Positions 1 through 14,960 of a stretch of 64,000 nt of DNA are shown here, one piece after another. The notes beneath the pieces are model-generated. The model ran no database searches and was not told the DNA's origin. It was given only the letters and a program-made list of their open reading frames with translations. The DNA lies in NCBI RefSeq assembly GCF_009914755.1, contig NC_060925.1; one strand, written 5' to 3'. Origin of the DNA: the human T2T-CHM13v2.0 reference genome, Homo sapiens. The translations under genes were made by a program, and so were the position numbers. Within the stretch, counting starts at the first letter, position 1; every line of letters starts with the position of its first letter.

Positions 1-145
1 AATGTGATCACTCCCCACAGCACTTTAGGATCCTTCACCACAAAAACAAGGTTCGAGGTGCCTCAACTCAGAGCTGAAAGCACTGCCAGTAGCTCAGACT
101 CTGATAAGAGTGAGGTAGATTGTGGCCAGCGTGCCAGGTAACCGT
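1..145 (-). other. NBPF-type 5'-UTR exon (continues off the left edge)
   Basis: Minus-strand acceptor ctgttattgcaactgcAG (AG = + strand ct at 146-147); sequence recalled from NBPF mRNAs. Confidence 0.7.
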
Positions 146-3100
146 CTGCAGTTGCAATAACAGAATTAGAAGGTGGGGGTGTCATGGAATCTTAGGAGCC
201 CTGCATTCCAATTGCCCAGGCTTTGCTGAAACACAGGCACCCTAGTCTCACCTGAGGGTCACCACCAATGGGGATCATTCCTTCAGCATTCACTCTCAGT
301 ATTCGTGTACCCTTGTGACAATGCCACAGACCCGTGTCTTTCCCACTACATCTAAGCATATTCCTCACTGTTTATCTCTTGTCTGTACAACATCATCAAG
401 GCAGAAACAGTTTCCCAACAGGTTATATTTTCTTAATGGTAGTCATGAAGTCACCCCACCTGCTCTCAGTTAAAACAGAGCTTAAGGCTTTTCCACAGGT
501 GTAAGATATCAAACTTTTAGCCTGCCCTGATATCCTCTGGGTCTTCTGCAGTTTTTTCTGTATCCACTAGAAAGTGAATGAATAATTCATTTTTTTAAAA
601 TGTTTTCTTTCCTGTCTCAGTATTCTTGCTGCTGCATCCCATTGTTAGATTGATTTCTTCTTTCTTACTGGGGCACCTTCTTGGGTTTTCATTACATTCT
701 AGACCAGTTTGACATCCCTACATCCAAAGCTCTTCCTCTATGTGGGTTGATTTGTTTTTTAATGTCACTGAGCACTACATTTTATACTTGTCACTTATAG
801 ATGTCATTCTAGTGCCACAAGACCTCTTTTCAAGGTATCAAGTGATCAAAGTCATTTATATAGAGGTCTCCTGAAAAAATGTGTGACCATCTATCTTGGG
901 AAGTTTTGTAAACCTGATGCTATTTTGCTGTTTCTATTTTGTTTTCCCATATACTGAAAAGAACAGGGCCACGGGCAGTTCTTATGGAATATGGTTCGAT
1001 ATATATTTTGTTGAGATGACCTAACACCATTGATTTTGGGTTGCATTCCACTAACAGAACATGGCAAGATCAAGGTTATGGTCAGGGTTGGTTGGTGATC
1101 CTCAGTGTTGCTGTGCAGTAGAAGGTGAGTTTGAGGTGAGAGGAACAAGTAGGAAAGAGTGATCCCCTGAGCCACCTCTTTGCTTTCTCAGCTTTCATCC
1201 CCACCTAGGTTTTGTGAGCCTGGAACTTGAGAGACTGTTCTGTAGCCCAGGTCTCCTAAGATTGCCTGCTGGGCTTGCCTGAGTTGAGGGTGCAGTGGGT
1301 TGATGCTTTGAGATGTATCAAAAGCTTTAAGTCAATGTATTTTCTAGGGTCTGGAAGACCTGACATTCTGTGTCAGAATGAAAATCTGTCAAGTTTCTAA
1401 ATGAAAAAACTGCAGGTTCACAAAGTGACATGGGTTACTTGAGGTCACAAAGGGATGAGTTTTCAGCACTGCCAATAAAAGCAATCACAATAATTATTCA
1501 GTAATTATTCATAGGATCCATAGAATCCAGTAAATATTCACATATTTAGTAATTATTCATCGACCAATTCATACAAGGCATTTTGCTCAAAACTGTGTTT
1601 ATATTTGGACATTGTATCTTCATCATAATCCTTAAGGTAATGCTATTATCCGTAAGTAACAATTAAGAAACCTGAAGATGAGGGATAGCTAATCATGTAT
1701 TTGGCCATATTTCCATTTTTTGGTTTTTGTGATGCTGGAAGAATGACCAGAATGAGTCACGTGAAGAGTATTCATTCCTGTATTATTTTCCAGGACAGAG
1801 GTGTGCCCTTCTAGAGTACTGGGACCAAAATTCAGAAGTGTCTGAAACCTTGCTTTAACAGTATGGGAAATAACCTCTATCACCTGGAATTTCCCTGGAA
1901 CTTTGGAATATACAAGAGAAGTATGAGACGTGGGTCTTCCCTTGGCTGTGTTTAATTCACTCTTCTATGGAATACCAATGATTCTCACTAAGACTTTTGC
2001 CTTTTTATAACCACAATGTATGTCTTATGGAGAAGATTTTACACTTTGCTCTATTTAGAAAGAATAACTATGAGCAATGGTTTAGGTTTTATGCCCTGGA
2101 CTTCATATTTTTCTGATTTCTGTTTTGAGATTAAATTCTCATGTAAATAGAAAAATACTTATTATTTCTCATCAGGCCAAGTTTGTTATCAGCTTGAGTT
2201 TTTGAAGATGAAGCACAAACTTTTGATTTTATCTTTGTCCCCATCAGCTCCACTCATTGTCTCTCAGTATGACCTGGACTTGCCCCTGCATTTACCCTCA
2301 TCCTGCTGAGCCATCTCCATGCACTGTCCAATTCCATCAGTGATTCGGGGTCCTCCCAAGGCTCCCTGAAATGTGCACAGGGATCAGGATGTCAGACACA
2401 TTCCAGACACAAAGGCAACCCATACTGTAGAGTGAGCAGCTGTGTTCCCACTTCCCTAATGTTCCAGTGATGTCCTCAAACTGAAGGGAACACTTTCCCT
2501 TTTTAAGGGTCTGTTCTTCATGTCTCAATGCCTCTGATCTAGTGAACACAACTGTCCTGAAAGTGAAAGAACCTGCTAAATTTCGGGTTTCTGGTTAGTT
2601 GGCTAGAATAAGTTTATAAGACTTCCTTACTTACCTATGACTGCTGACGTTTGAATTCTTAGCAGTATGATTCCTTTTCTTGTAAGCTGAGCAGCTTAGG
2701 AAAGATTGGCCATGTTGCTGTGCAAAAAGAGGTAAATTTAATTTCTACTCAAAGCATGCTTGAATTTGGAACTAGGGCTTCCACTCTTCCAAAGTTGGAC
2801 TGTCACTACCTCAGGCATGTGTCCCAAAAGGCTCATGTCTCTGTTGTACTCAAAGTTCAAATGGAGCCCAGCAAGCCAGATCTCCTTTACTTCTAGGTTC
2901 CCTCAACAGTTTCTCCTCTGCTTTAGAGACTGCCTTGAAAATATTCTTGTCCTGCTGTTGTGTTTTGGCTTTGGAATGATGTGATGCAGCTCAATGGGTC
3001 CTACCCCCAAGTTGATCAGAGTAAGAAACAGCTGGGAAAGTCAGTGCAAATACAAGTTCATCGTCCTCCTTGCAGGGATTCTGATTCAGAGGGCTCAGGT

Positions 3101-3482
3101 GGGGCCTGGAATGTGTTTGTTAACATGACTCAGATGTGCAGTCAGTTTGGGGACCCGCTGATACCATCGACCTTATAGTTTTTGGGATGATTCTTTCTGT
3201 TTTGCTGATGAAGAAACTGAGGCATAGACAGTCTGTAACTTACCCAAGTTCCCCTTGCTGTAAGTCCTGGAGCCGGATCTCAGGTGGAGCAGCCTCTTCC
3301 CCATCCCCTTCCCACATTTTCCAATTCAGCTGGGTCAATTCTTTCCAAGTACGTGTTTCTCTCCCCTATAAGTCATTTCTGAAAAAAGGAGAACTGGACT
3401 TTAACTTCTTTCATCTAATACATTTCCTCACAACATGCTGCCAGCATCATATTCTGGCCTCTTACTATTAAAGTGAGATGCC

Positions 3483-3799
3483 TTTTTTTTGTTTTTTTTT
3501 TTTTTTTTTTTTTTTTTTTTGAGACAGGGTCTTGTTCTGTCACCCAGGCTGGAGTGCAGTGGTGATTATAGATCACTGCAACCTTGAACTCCTAGGCTCA
3601 AGCGATCCTCCTGCCTCAGCTTTCCAAGTAGTTGGAACTCTAGGCACACATCACCATTTCTGGCTAATTTTTTATTTCTCATGGAGACAAGGTCTTGCTA
3701 TGTTGCTCAGGCTGGTTTTGAACTTCTGGCCTCAAGCGATCCTCCCACCTAGGCCTCCAAAAGTGCTGGGATTACAGGAGTAAACCACTGAGCCTGGCC
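3483..3799 (-). mobile_element. Alu (J-like)
   Basis: Poly-T followed by antisense Alu dimer. Confidence 0.9.
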
Positions 3800-3879
3800 C
3801 TGAAATGCTTTTTTTTTTTTTTTTAATGAAAATACAAGGCATGGAGATGGGGAAAGACACCTTGCTTTATTACTGTTAT

Positions 3880-4995
3880 TATTTCTATAGTATAATTCAT
3901 ATATCACAAAAATCACCATTTTTAAGCATATATTTCAGTGTCTTTTACCATATTCCAAAAGTTCTGCAACCATCACCACTACCTAATTCCAGAATATTTT
4001 CATAATGCCAAAAAGCATGCCTGTACCTATGGGCAGTCACTCTCCAATTCCCCCCTTCTTGCAGTCTCTGACAACCACTAATCTACTTTCTCTATATAAA
4101 AATGTAATTGTTCTGGGCATTTCCTCTATATGGGATAACAAAGTGTGGCATTTTGCATCTGCTTCTCAGCATTTTTTTCTCAAGTTTCATCCTTTTTAGC
4201 CTGCATCAATACTTCAACTTTTTTATGGCCAAATGATATTCCACCATATGATTATACCACATTTTGTTTATTCATCAACTGATGGTGGTTTAAGATGTTT
4301 CCACTTTTTAACTATTATGAATAATGCTGCTATGAACAGCTTTGTACATGTTTTTGAGTGAACATCTGTTTTTCATTTTCTTGGTTATAAACCTAGGAGT
4401 GCAATTGCTGCATCATGTCACTTTATGTTTAACTTTCTTTTATGTTTAACTTTTTGAGGAACTTACACACTGTTTACCAACTTCAGTGGCTATGCCATTT
4501 TACATTCCCACTAGTAATATATGAGAATTCCATATTCTCCATAACTTTCCAAACATGTGTTGTCTTTATTTTTTCTTAAGTCATACTAGTGGGTGTGAAG
4601 TGGTATCTCATTTTGATTTAAATTTACATTTTCCTAATGATGAAAAACATCGAACATCTTTGCATGTGCTTCTTGGCCATTTGTGTGTTTGCTTTAGAGA
4701 AACCTCTACTCACAGATTTTTTCCCATTGTTAAATTTGGTTGTTTGTCGTTTATTGCTCAGTTATATGAATTCCTTATATACTCTAGGTACTAGACCCAT
4801 GTCAAATATATAATTTGGAAATAGTTCTCCCATTATGTGGATTATCTCTTCTCTTCCTTGACATTATCCTTTGAAGCATGTAAGTTTTTTATTTTAGTGA
4901 AGTCCATTTATCTATTTATTTTTGGGTTGTTTGTGCCTACTTAAAAAATGTCTAATCCAAAGTCACAAAGATTTGTACCTATGTTTTCTTCAAGA
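3880..4995 (-). mobile_element. Old L1M (L1MB/ME-like) 3' portion
   Basis: Antisense L1 3'UTR and ORF2-end motifs (gtggtatctcattttg, gtgtgcttcttggccatttg). Confidence 0.75.
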
Positions 4996-5106
4996 CATAG
5001 TTTTTTGAATGAGAACTTTCCTGGGTTTTACTGGAGGGCGGACATTGTTTATTTATGCCTCCTGTCCATTACCGATGTTTCTCCTGATTGTTATTCATAT
5101 GCTCAC

Positions 5107-5328
5107 CACCCCTCCATGGAGCATCCCATGGCCTGTGACAGAGCTCTGGGGACTGATATCCTTCCACTGACTTTGGCGCCGGTGAGAGCCCTGGTCATGT
5201 GATTCAGCTTGGCCTTAACCCGACCCAGTTGCACATATTCCTCAGGGCCTTTAGAGTTGAAGTCGAGAGCCTCTCTGAGAATGCTTGCCAGCCCATGCTG
5301 TTCTAAGGCTGGAGCAAACTTCCTCAGT
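5107..5328 (-). other. Candidate NBPF-type non-coding exon
   Basis: Minus-strand donor GTG|GTGAGC at 5106; acceptor cccctctctctggaatAG at 5329-5330 (alternative acceptor at 5397-5398); locally raised GC. Confidence 0.45.
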
Positions 5329-5635
5329 CTATTCCAGAGAGAGGGGACTGCAGGGGTGGGACTCATTCAAGACATCTCTGGTGTTAGAAAGTAGACCTGT
5401 TTCAGGGTTTGGGGAAGATTGTTCAAAATGAACTAGGTTCTCTCTATTTTTACTGTATGTGTGACTTCTTTCCAGAAACAAAGGAAGAATATTTATGTTA
5501 GAACATTTTGTCTATTCTTTGTCAATTGTTGTTTGTCTACAATTTTAATGGATAAAGGAGAGCTCAGTGTAAATATATTCTTAAGAATTATGGTTCATGC
5601 CCACTGCCATGCAATCATATTTAAATCTATGAACT

Positions 5636-5931
<296 letters not shown>

Positions 5932-6949
5932 CTATGAACTATCCTGTTACTTAGGTATTATCCTGCTCCTGATGAGAAAACAAACTCAGAAAGATTGCAA
6001 AATTTCCCTAAGTCACAAAACTAGTGAGGAGAGGAATAAGAATTAGATATCAGTTCCTTTTGGCCTTCAAAGCTAACCGTGTACCATTAGATCAAACTGA
6101 TTTACATACTTTTGCTGGAATTAGTCTCAGAGTTTGTGGTTCTCACTTGATTTTCCCAAGGGAACTGTGTGCCACTTTAATATCATTTCAAACTTTGAAA
6201 TTTAAAACTTTTTTATTATACTTTTTTGTCTTTGTAGAATTGATCAAGCAGAAGAAAAAATTAGAAGCCGTCATCTGAGGATAATGTGTGGTCATGACCC
6301 CTTCGGCCAGGACAGTTTTTGTGTCCTCTTTTTTTCTTTTCCTCCAGTGTCTGTTTCTCTCTGACACTCAGCTTTCCTGAAAACTGTTTAGTGTTTCTAA
6401 TTCAGCCAAATTTTCACGTTGTATTTTTCTTTCTCATCTGCTGCAGTTTTCATCTTTAAACTAGCCAGATCGGTAGATGGAAGAAACAATGAGGTACCTC
6501 CAAAATTGAGTTAGATCAATGTAACCAACAGAAAATGATGAGATTAGATAAACACAAGTGACCTGAGCCAGTGGAATATAACTTAACAATTAAAAAACTC
6601 AATGATATCTATAAGGCAGACATTATGACAGGGAATGTCGTTATGATATTACAATTGTTCATCTCTCTATGATCTCTCACATCAGAAGGTCAATTTTCTC
6701 CAGTTTTTTTTTTTTTTTTTTTCATAATTGCTTCAGCCTAAGGCACTAAATTCTAGGACAACTCTATATTTTTCTTGAATTATAGATTACTTGTCTTCCT
6801 TTAAATATTTTTTAGAAATTTACTTATCCAATAGTCAAAGAGGATTCTTCTTTACATTTTTATTAATTCTGTTGACATAATTTTATTGTGTCTAGTCAGG
6901 TCCTATACATATCCTGGGATGGATGAGATTCTCAGTTTTATAGATAAGT

Positions 6950-7570
6950 AATAGATAGGGAAAATAACAACTAGACAGAGAATAACCTGGAGTCTCTGGA
7001 AGGTTTCAGAGACATGAGAAGAAAACAATTAAGACCAAAAGTAAAAGAATGGCATAATTTCAAAAAATCTTTACTTAAAAATAAAAATTATTTAAAATCT
7101 GTTTTGTACTCTCAAAAAAAAGGTTAAAGAAAACATGGACTCTATAAAACAATAGATGAAACACAAGATAATAAGGTACTAGATTGAATTGTAAAAGGAG
7201 CTGGCAGAGTTAAGAAACAGAGCCACAGCAGAATTTAAGAATAAAGAGCAGAATTAGCAATACATAATACCAAATCAATTTTGTAAAGAATCAATATCAG
7301 AAATTCTCCCAAATGCCAAAAGAAAGGACAAAGAGATGAAAATTATCCAAGAAGAAATAACAGATATGGAGGAAAGACAATAAAAATCCAACACATAGAT
7401 ATCAATGCTCCTGAAGAAAAGTCAGGACAAGTGAACCATAAGCTCTAAAGATACAATAGAAGGAAATTTTCTTGAGCTGATAAAAGACCTGACATTGCAA
7501 ATTGGAAGGGACTCATCATGCACCAGAAAAATCTAGATAAATTTTGATTTGCAAGTATAAAGACATAATT
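6950..7570 (+). mobile_element. Decayed L1M ORF1-like fragment
   Basis: A-rich + strand with L1 ORF1-like motifs (gaaattttcttgagctgataaaagac...attggaagggactcatc). Confidence 0.55.
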
Positions 7571-7814
7571 CTATAATTTAGAAATGTAATGGAACAACCC
7601 CTGCGATGGTTTTTGTACCACTGTTTAACAACTATGTTTTCACATTCTTGTCTGCTTGTGAACAGAGAGTAGGATCATACCTCTCTCAATAGGAGGTGAG
7701 GCTTCCTTGAAGATAATAGATATTTCAAATGTCAACTGCTGAAAAGAGAAAGATTCTAAGATGAGAAAAGAGAATTTGGAAGGTGGGCCTTAAACAGGAA
7801 CAAGAGGGAATTCC

Positions 7815-8030
7815 TTTCTCTGAGCCTCATTCTCTTGAGCCTGCAATCCAAAGAGTCATAATATGCTCACTAGTACTTCCAAAAAAGGAAGGGATAATGG
7901 CATCTGCCATATGGAGGCAAGCTAGGAACTAAGTTGGGGAGTTAATGAGTTAATACAAGTCAAGATCTTAAAACAGTACCTGGCACATAATAAGCACTCC
8001 ACAAATATTAGCTATCATCACCTTCATAAT
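7815..8030 (+). mobile_element. MIR
   Basis: tctgagcctca...cttaaaacagtacctggcacataataagcactc. Confidence 0.65.
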
Positions 8031-8070
8031 TATTATTATATGTGATATGATTACCGTAATTTAGCATAGC

Positions 8071-8369
<299 letters not shown>

Positions 8370-8892
8370 TAGTCTTATTGGAGGAAAGACAATAAAAATG
8401 CACTTTAGACTCAGCTTTGATAGAGATTTAAGAAAAGGGTTTATATGGTCTGGAGGGTAAAGGAGAGAGATTCCTCCTCTCCCTCAGAGGCCACTGTTGG
8501 TCATAGGGATGAATAATAGCTCAAAAGGAAAAGGGAAGCTGGAGTGAGCATAAGGAACCAAAAACTCTCAGTTTCAGCCAACCCTCTCAGTGTGGCGCTT
8601 GTCCTTCCAGTGCCAACTGTGGATGAAAAGAGTGTTTATCAAGTTACTTACAAAGGAAAAAAAAATCAGGCTGGCATCATACTTCTGCATAACACATTAA
8701 ATTTCAGAAAAGATTATCCACAGAATATTGCAGATGAAAAACTTCAGCTGAAAACTCCACAACAAGCCAAATTTCATTCATGTGTGAAGCCAATTGAAAG
8801 GCACTCTCAATTATGCAAAAGCTCAAAATACCTGCAAACACTTTTTTAAAGAAAAATTTATTTCATAACCCACTCAAGCCAAGAGAGAAATA

Positions 8893-9548
8893 TTTTTTGT
8901 TTTTTGTTGTTGTTGTTTTTTGTTTTGTTTTTTGTTTTTTGAGATGGACTTTCATTCTTGTTGCCCAGGCTAGAATGCAATGGTGCAATCTTGGCTCATT
9001 CAACCACCACCTCCCAGGTTCAACCAATTCTCATGCCTCAGCCTCACGAGTAGCTGGGATTAGAGGCGTGCGCCACCATGCCTGGCTAATTTTTGTATTA
9101 TTAGTAGAGACAGGGTTTCACCATGTTGGCCAGGCTGGTCTCGAACTCCTGACCTCGGGTGAGACACCCACCTCAGCCTCCCAAACTGCTGGGATTACAG
9201 GTATTAGCCACCGCGTCCACCCAAGAGAAATATTTTTTAAAAGAATTCAAGGCCAGGCATAGTGGCTTATACCTGTAATCTCAACATTTTGAGAGGCAAA
9301 GGTGGGAAGATCACTTGAGCCCAGGAGTTTGAGACTAGCCTGGGCACATTGTGAGACCCTGTCCCTATGAAAATTTAAAAATTAGCCAGGCATGATGGCG
9401 CACGCCTATAGTCCCAGCTACTTGAGAAGCTGAGGTGGGAGGATCACTTGAGCCCAGGAACTATAGTGAGCTGTGATCATGCCACTGCACTCCAGCCTGA
9501 ACAGCAAAGTGAGATGCTGTCTCAGGAAAAAAAAAAAAAAAAGAAAGA
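8893..9548. mobile_element. Two Alus head-to-head: AluS (-) 8893-9222 and AluJ (+) 9251-9548
   Basis: Alu consensus on opposite strands about 30 bp apart. Confidence 0.9.
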
Positions 9549-10905
9549 AATCAAAAAGGCAAAGTATGAAAGAGGCTGATGATGAATACTGAAGACATTT
9601 AAGCATAAAATGAATTAAATGTAACTATTTTAAGTATAGTTACAACACAGAATACAAATATCATAAATAATCCTTAACAAAAATATATTTTTAAAGTAAG
9701 GTTTAAAATCCCAGATTACACCAACATAAACTTGGGTATTGTGTGGGGTGAAGGGAGTAACAAAGAAGGAGAAATGTGAGAAAGTAGAAGTGTCCTGGTA
9801 TTCTCAACGTACAAAGATACTATTTTATTCTCTATGTTAGTAATAAAAAAATATAAAGTTGTGTGTGTTATTTTAAAACAAAATGCATGCCTTCCAGATT
9901 ACTAGGAAACAAAACAAGAAACAAGGACTACAAAATCCATATAGCAAAAAGAAGAAAAAACAGAAAAAAGGCAAAAATAAAGACCAAACACAGAAAATAC
10001 AAGAGCAGAATCATTAAACCAAACCAAAATATTGGTCTTTATTAATATAAAATATAATATGCAACAAAGACACACTACGAATCATTTTGCACTGAAAAAT
10101 AAGGCACTGGACTGTATGAAGCTCTCAGAAAAAATGGAGATATGGACAGAAAAATAGTAGCAATAAAAGACTTCAGTCCTTGACGAATTGATAGAAGACA
10201 AAAATAGAGAGGACCTAAATGTAATTTACAAGTCTGATTTAATGGATATGTAATGAAATGTTAAACAAAATATTTCCTATGTCTTGGAGTTTCAGTAAGG
10301 CTACATAACCAAGGACAATAAATGCTCAATGTCTACACTTTCTAAAAAGTGGTACAAAGCACAATCTAGAATTCCTTAAAAAAAAAAAGTAGCCCCTAAA
10401 TGGTCTTGCAACTCCTAGCTCACAATCCACCTCTGGGTTATTTAAGAGAAAGATAAGGGTTAACTGATAGGAGCAGTCTTTGAAGAGAGTTGTCAGACTA
10501 GAAGAAAGAGCTGTGGTGTTTCTCATCCCCTTCTCTCATTCCCCTCCAAGTGAGGGGCTCAAGGAAAACCTCTGAGACTTTCTGGGAAGCACTTGCTGGG
10601 AGGGAGGCCTGACCTCTTTCTCACTAGTCATTAGTGGCCTATTAGTCTGCAGAAGTTCACAGGCTCACCTCTGGCTGCCACAGTAGCCAAGCTTGCAGGA
10701 GCTTGATGTGTGTCTTCAGAATTTGCTGGGACATAGACACGGTGACCTTCCCTTGCCCAGGGAAAATTGTAGGCTTGAATAAGTGTTTCTTGTGGGCCAA
10801 ATTCTTCACCATCATATTATTATAGTAAACACCACTAAAAAAAAAATCCAAAAGGTAGATTGGTTAAGTTACAAATGACATAACCATATGATGGAATGTT
10901 ATTGA

Positions 10906-11574
<669 letters not shown>

Positions 11575-11634
11575 CCATAAAATATTTCTAAAATGAAATA
11601 TAATGAAAAATATATAACAACATAGTATACTCAT

Positions 11635-12091
11635 TGTCTTAGTTCATGCTATTATAACAAGATACCGAACATTAGGTGGCTTAAACAACAAAGTTTTTAA
11701 AATTTTTTATTCTTAAGTTTTGTGGGTGCATAGTAGGTGTATATATTTAACAGCCATTTATTTCTCACAGTTCCAGATGCCAGAAGTCCAAGATCAGGGT
11801 GCCAGCATGGTCACTTCTTGGTGAGGGCCCTCCTTCTGGTTCACAGACAGCTGCCTTCTCACCATATACTCACCTGTCAGAAAGAGAGCGTGCTGGTTCC
11901 TTCATCTCCTTGGAAGGGCACAAATCCCATCATGGGGCTTCACTCTCATGACCTCGTCTAAATCTAATCAGCTCCCAAAGGCCCTCCTCCAAATACTATC
12001 ACATCGGGAACCAGGGCTTCAACATATGCATTTTGCGGGTACACAAACAGGATCCATTTTTTCAATATTGGATCACTAGGAGTCCATAGCA
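11635..12091. mobile_element. MaLR LTR (MLT1A/MST-like) interrupted by a tiny L1 3'-end insert near 11693-11748
   Basis: tgtcttagtt...ggtggcttaaacaac...atttatttctcacagttc...aagtccaagatcagggtgccagcatgg...cttcaacatatgcatttt. Confidence 0.8.
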
Positions 12092-12799
12092 CTCCTCCAA
12101 TTTTGGGAATCCAAAATTGTGATCCAATTTTGGGAAAATCAAAAGGTATATGTGCGTTCGTGTGGGTATGCATCACGTTAACCAAGAATAAGAATGAATA
12201 TCCCAGACTTTGGAAATATGCCAGTGTTGTACTCCTTTGCAACTGTCTTAACATTACGGTGGCAAATCTCAATCCAGTGGTAAAGATGGGGACTTCTTTA
12301 AAATAAGCAAATGTCCCTGCTGGTAGTTATCCCAAGAAGAGGTCAGTCCTGGAGCAAGAAGTGGTGGGGCAGTAGGGAGAGCTTTCTGCTCTGCCTGAGC
12401 ACAGACGGCAGGGGACCAGAAGTTTGGAACAGTTCATACAATAAGAATATGAACATCCTTTACTTTGAACTTCAACTAATATATTCCATTTTAAATTTAA
12501 TCTCTACATATTCTTCCCCTTTGTTCACAAAATATATGGATCAAATTCATTCTGCATGATAATTATATCAACAGAGAATCCCAAAATTAGTTTTAATAAA
12601 TGGAAAAAGTTGGTGTTATATATTTCAAATAATGCCACTGAATCTTTCCAAATTTGAGAGCTCTACGATCATCAGTCTTTTCAGTATAATTTGAATAACT
12701 GACAACCAAAACTTTTAAATATACATTTATAAATATTAATAAATAAATATACATTGAAACTAATGATGAAGGAAAACTGAATGTAAACTCATAATAATA

Positions 12800-12985
12800 A
12801 TAATAATGGGTAAAAATTGTTGCATACTTACTATAAAGTGCTTATTTTCCTGAGGGCTTTATGTATATTACTTAATCTTCATAATAACCTTATGAGATAA
12901 GATACTATTACTATCTCTATTTTTTAGATGAGGAAACTGAAGTACAGAGAGTTTAGTAACTTGCATAAAACCACACAACTATTTA
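12800..12985 (-). mobile_element. MIR
   Basis: ttttagatgaggaaactgaagtacagagagtttagtaacttgc. Confidence 0.75.
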
Positions 12986-13444
12986 ATCTTCTTTCCTCAG
13001 GAACACGACCTCAAGAACAACCAAGCACTTGATACAGAGCTGACTCTAACTCATATGAACCAGTCAAGGCCCTGGACAAGGCGGTGCATACCAAGTCAGC
13101 ACCAAGGTCAATATATCCAAAATGAGATTGTATAAGAGGAAAGGACTGGAATGCACCTCCAAGAAGGTCTGGAAAAGTGAGAACCAACTAGGGAAGAGGT
13201 TCAAAGTAGACTCAAGGAAGATGAAGGGGAATTCTTGAGCCAAAGCGCAAGTGGTTGGAAAAGATCTTTAGGCTTCCTGAGGCTATAGAGTGAGCATATC
13301 TAGAGAAAGGGTGCGGGAGTGGAAAAAAGCAAAGAGCAAAGCTAGCACCACTCTGGCCCTCAGTCCCCTTTCTCTAGACAAATCGGAGCTGGCATTTTCC
13401 TAGTGTGAAGGTGCTAACTCACTCTAGGAAAGTTTTGAGATGGG

Positions 13445-14005
13445 GAGCAGAGTCTCACAACCAGTCCCCAGTCAGTATGCATAAGAATCTCCTGGGATGC
13501 CGTTACAAATGCAGATTCCTTCTTAAAAAAAAATTGAACTCACAAAAGCAGAGAGTAGAGTGGTGATTACCAGGGGCTGGTGGGGGATAGTCGGGTGGGG
13601 TTGGAGAGATGTTGGTCAAAGGATACAAAATTTCAGTTAGATAAGAGGAATAAGTTCAAGAGATCTATTGTACAATATGGTGACTGTAACTAATAAAAAT
13701 GTATTGCATTTTTGAAAATCTCTGAGAGTAGATTTTAAGTATTCTCACCACAAAAATAAATATCTGAAGTAATATATATGCTAATTACCTTGCTTTAGCC
13801 ATTCCACAATGTATACATATTTCAAGATATCATTTTATGCATGATAAATATATATAATTTTTATTTATTAATTAATTGACTCCTAGATTCCTCCTGGGAG
13901 TCACTTTCAGAAATCCCAAGTCCACTGGTCTACATTAGGACTTATGAATCTACATTTTAAATAAGCTCCCCAAGTCATGAGAGAACCACACTTTGAGAAA
14001 ACTGC
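13445..14005. mobile_element. MER5A-like hAT element split by an L1MA 3' end (+, about 13525-13875)
   Basis: agaatctcctggga...aaatgcagattcct and ttttaaataagctcccca...ccacactttgagaa flank L1MA 3'UTR text (ggatacaaaatttcagttagataagaggaataagttcaagagatct). Confidence 0.75.
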
Positions 14006-14389
14006 ACTTATATATTTTCTAGGTATCAAGTATAGATACTGTCCATGGGACCATTGGGAAATAAACACTTTTCCTCTGAATACTTGGGGTTTCCTGTCCA
14101 GCTTACACTGGTGACTTAGTGGGGCACACAGGGGAGTTCAGAGACTCAGTGAACCTGGCACAGTGGGCAAAACTACAAGATAGGTTGTCTATCCATGAAG
14201 GGAGACAGCGGGAGTAGGATGCCACGGAATTGGTGATACCATATGTCTCAAACGATCCCAGACTTACAACTGCATGTGAATCTACAACTATGTCATAATA
14301 AGTAAAAAGTTTCAAAAGAAAATCCCTAACAGAGATCATCCAGCCACTGGCATGGGCAGGTGCTATGTAAGTGCACGGAGAAGAAGTAC

Positions 14390-14960
14390 TAGGGTGTTTC
14401 CCAGGGATCTAATGTTAGTGTCAACTCCTGGGCCCAGTCCTTTGCATTAATTTGGAGGAAGGGGATGAAGTAGTTAGCTGTCAGTATGTGGATGGTGCTG
14501 GGAAGTGTGAGAGTACCGTAGGTATGAACACTGCAGTTGCTATGAAAAAGGACAGTAAAGTGGTGTGAGCAAACACTCATCCAAAGGACACAGACTGATC
14601 ATCTTGTCAGTTGACTCTTTGTAGCACATCTATGGGACTGGCTGTCAATCTCTGGATGAGTGGCAAACAATGGCTACTAGTTATGAACATGACATATTTT
14701 GAAAAGCTCCCTTGGAAAAAGCACAAACTGGGGACTCAGAGCCCAGATGGTGTGACTGTCCATGGAGGCAGAACCAAAAGATCCCACTATTCTAAGAGGA
14801 TGGCAGCAGCTAGAGTGGATCGGGAGAATATTACCAGCAGTAGAGATGGGAGGACAAGCCATTTTAGTGTCAGAGTCCACCACCAGCAGTACAGACTTGC
14901 TTTGAAAGGAGAGTCAATTGGATACTAAATGCAGTGCGAAGGTTTCTAAAGACATTCCTC
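14390..14960 (+). mobile_element. Possible ancient CR1/L3 LINE remnant
   Basis: ggcccagtcctttgcattaatttggaggaag... resembles the CR1 RT region; highly decayed. Confidence 0.35.

Noticed and set aside
5103-5394. ORFs of 87 aa (-) and 61 aa (+) over the GC-richer segment
   Set aside because: No recognisable protein; better explained as a non-coding NBPF-type UTR exon.
13570-13605. G-rich quadruplex-like tract
   Set aside because: Ordinary G-rich segment of the L1MA 3'UTR with no locus-specific support.
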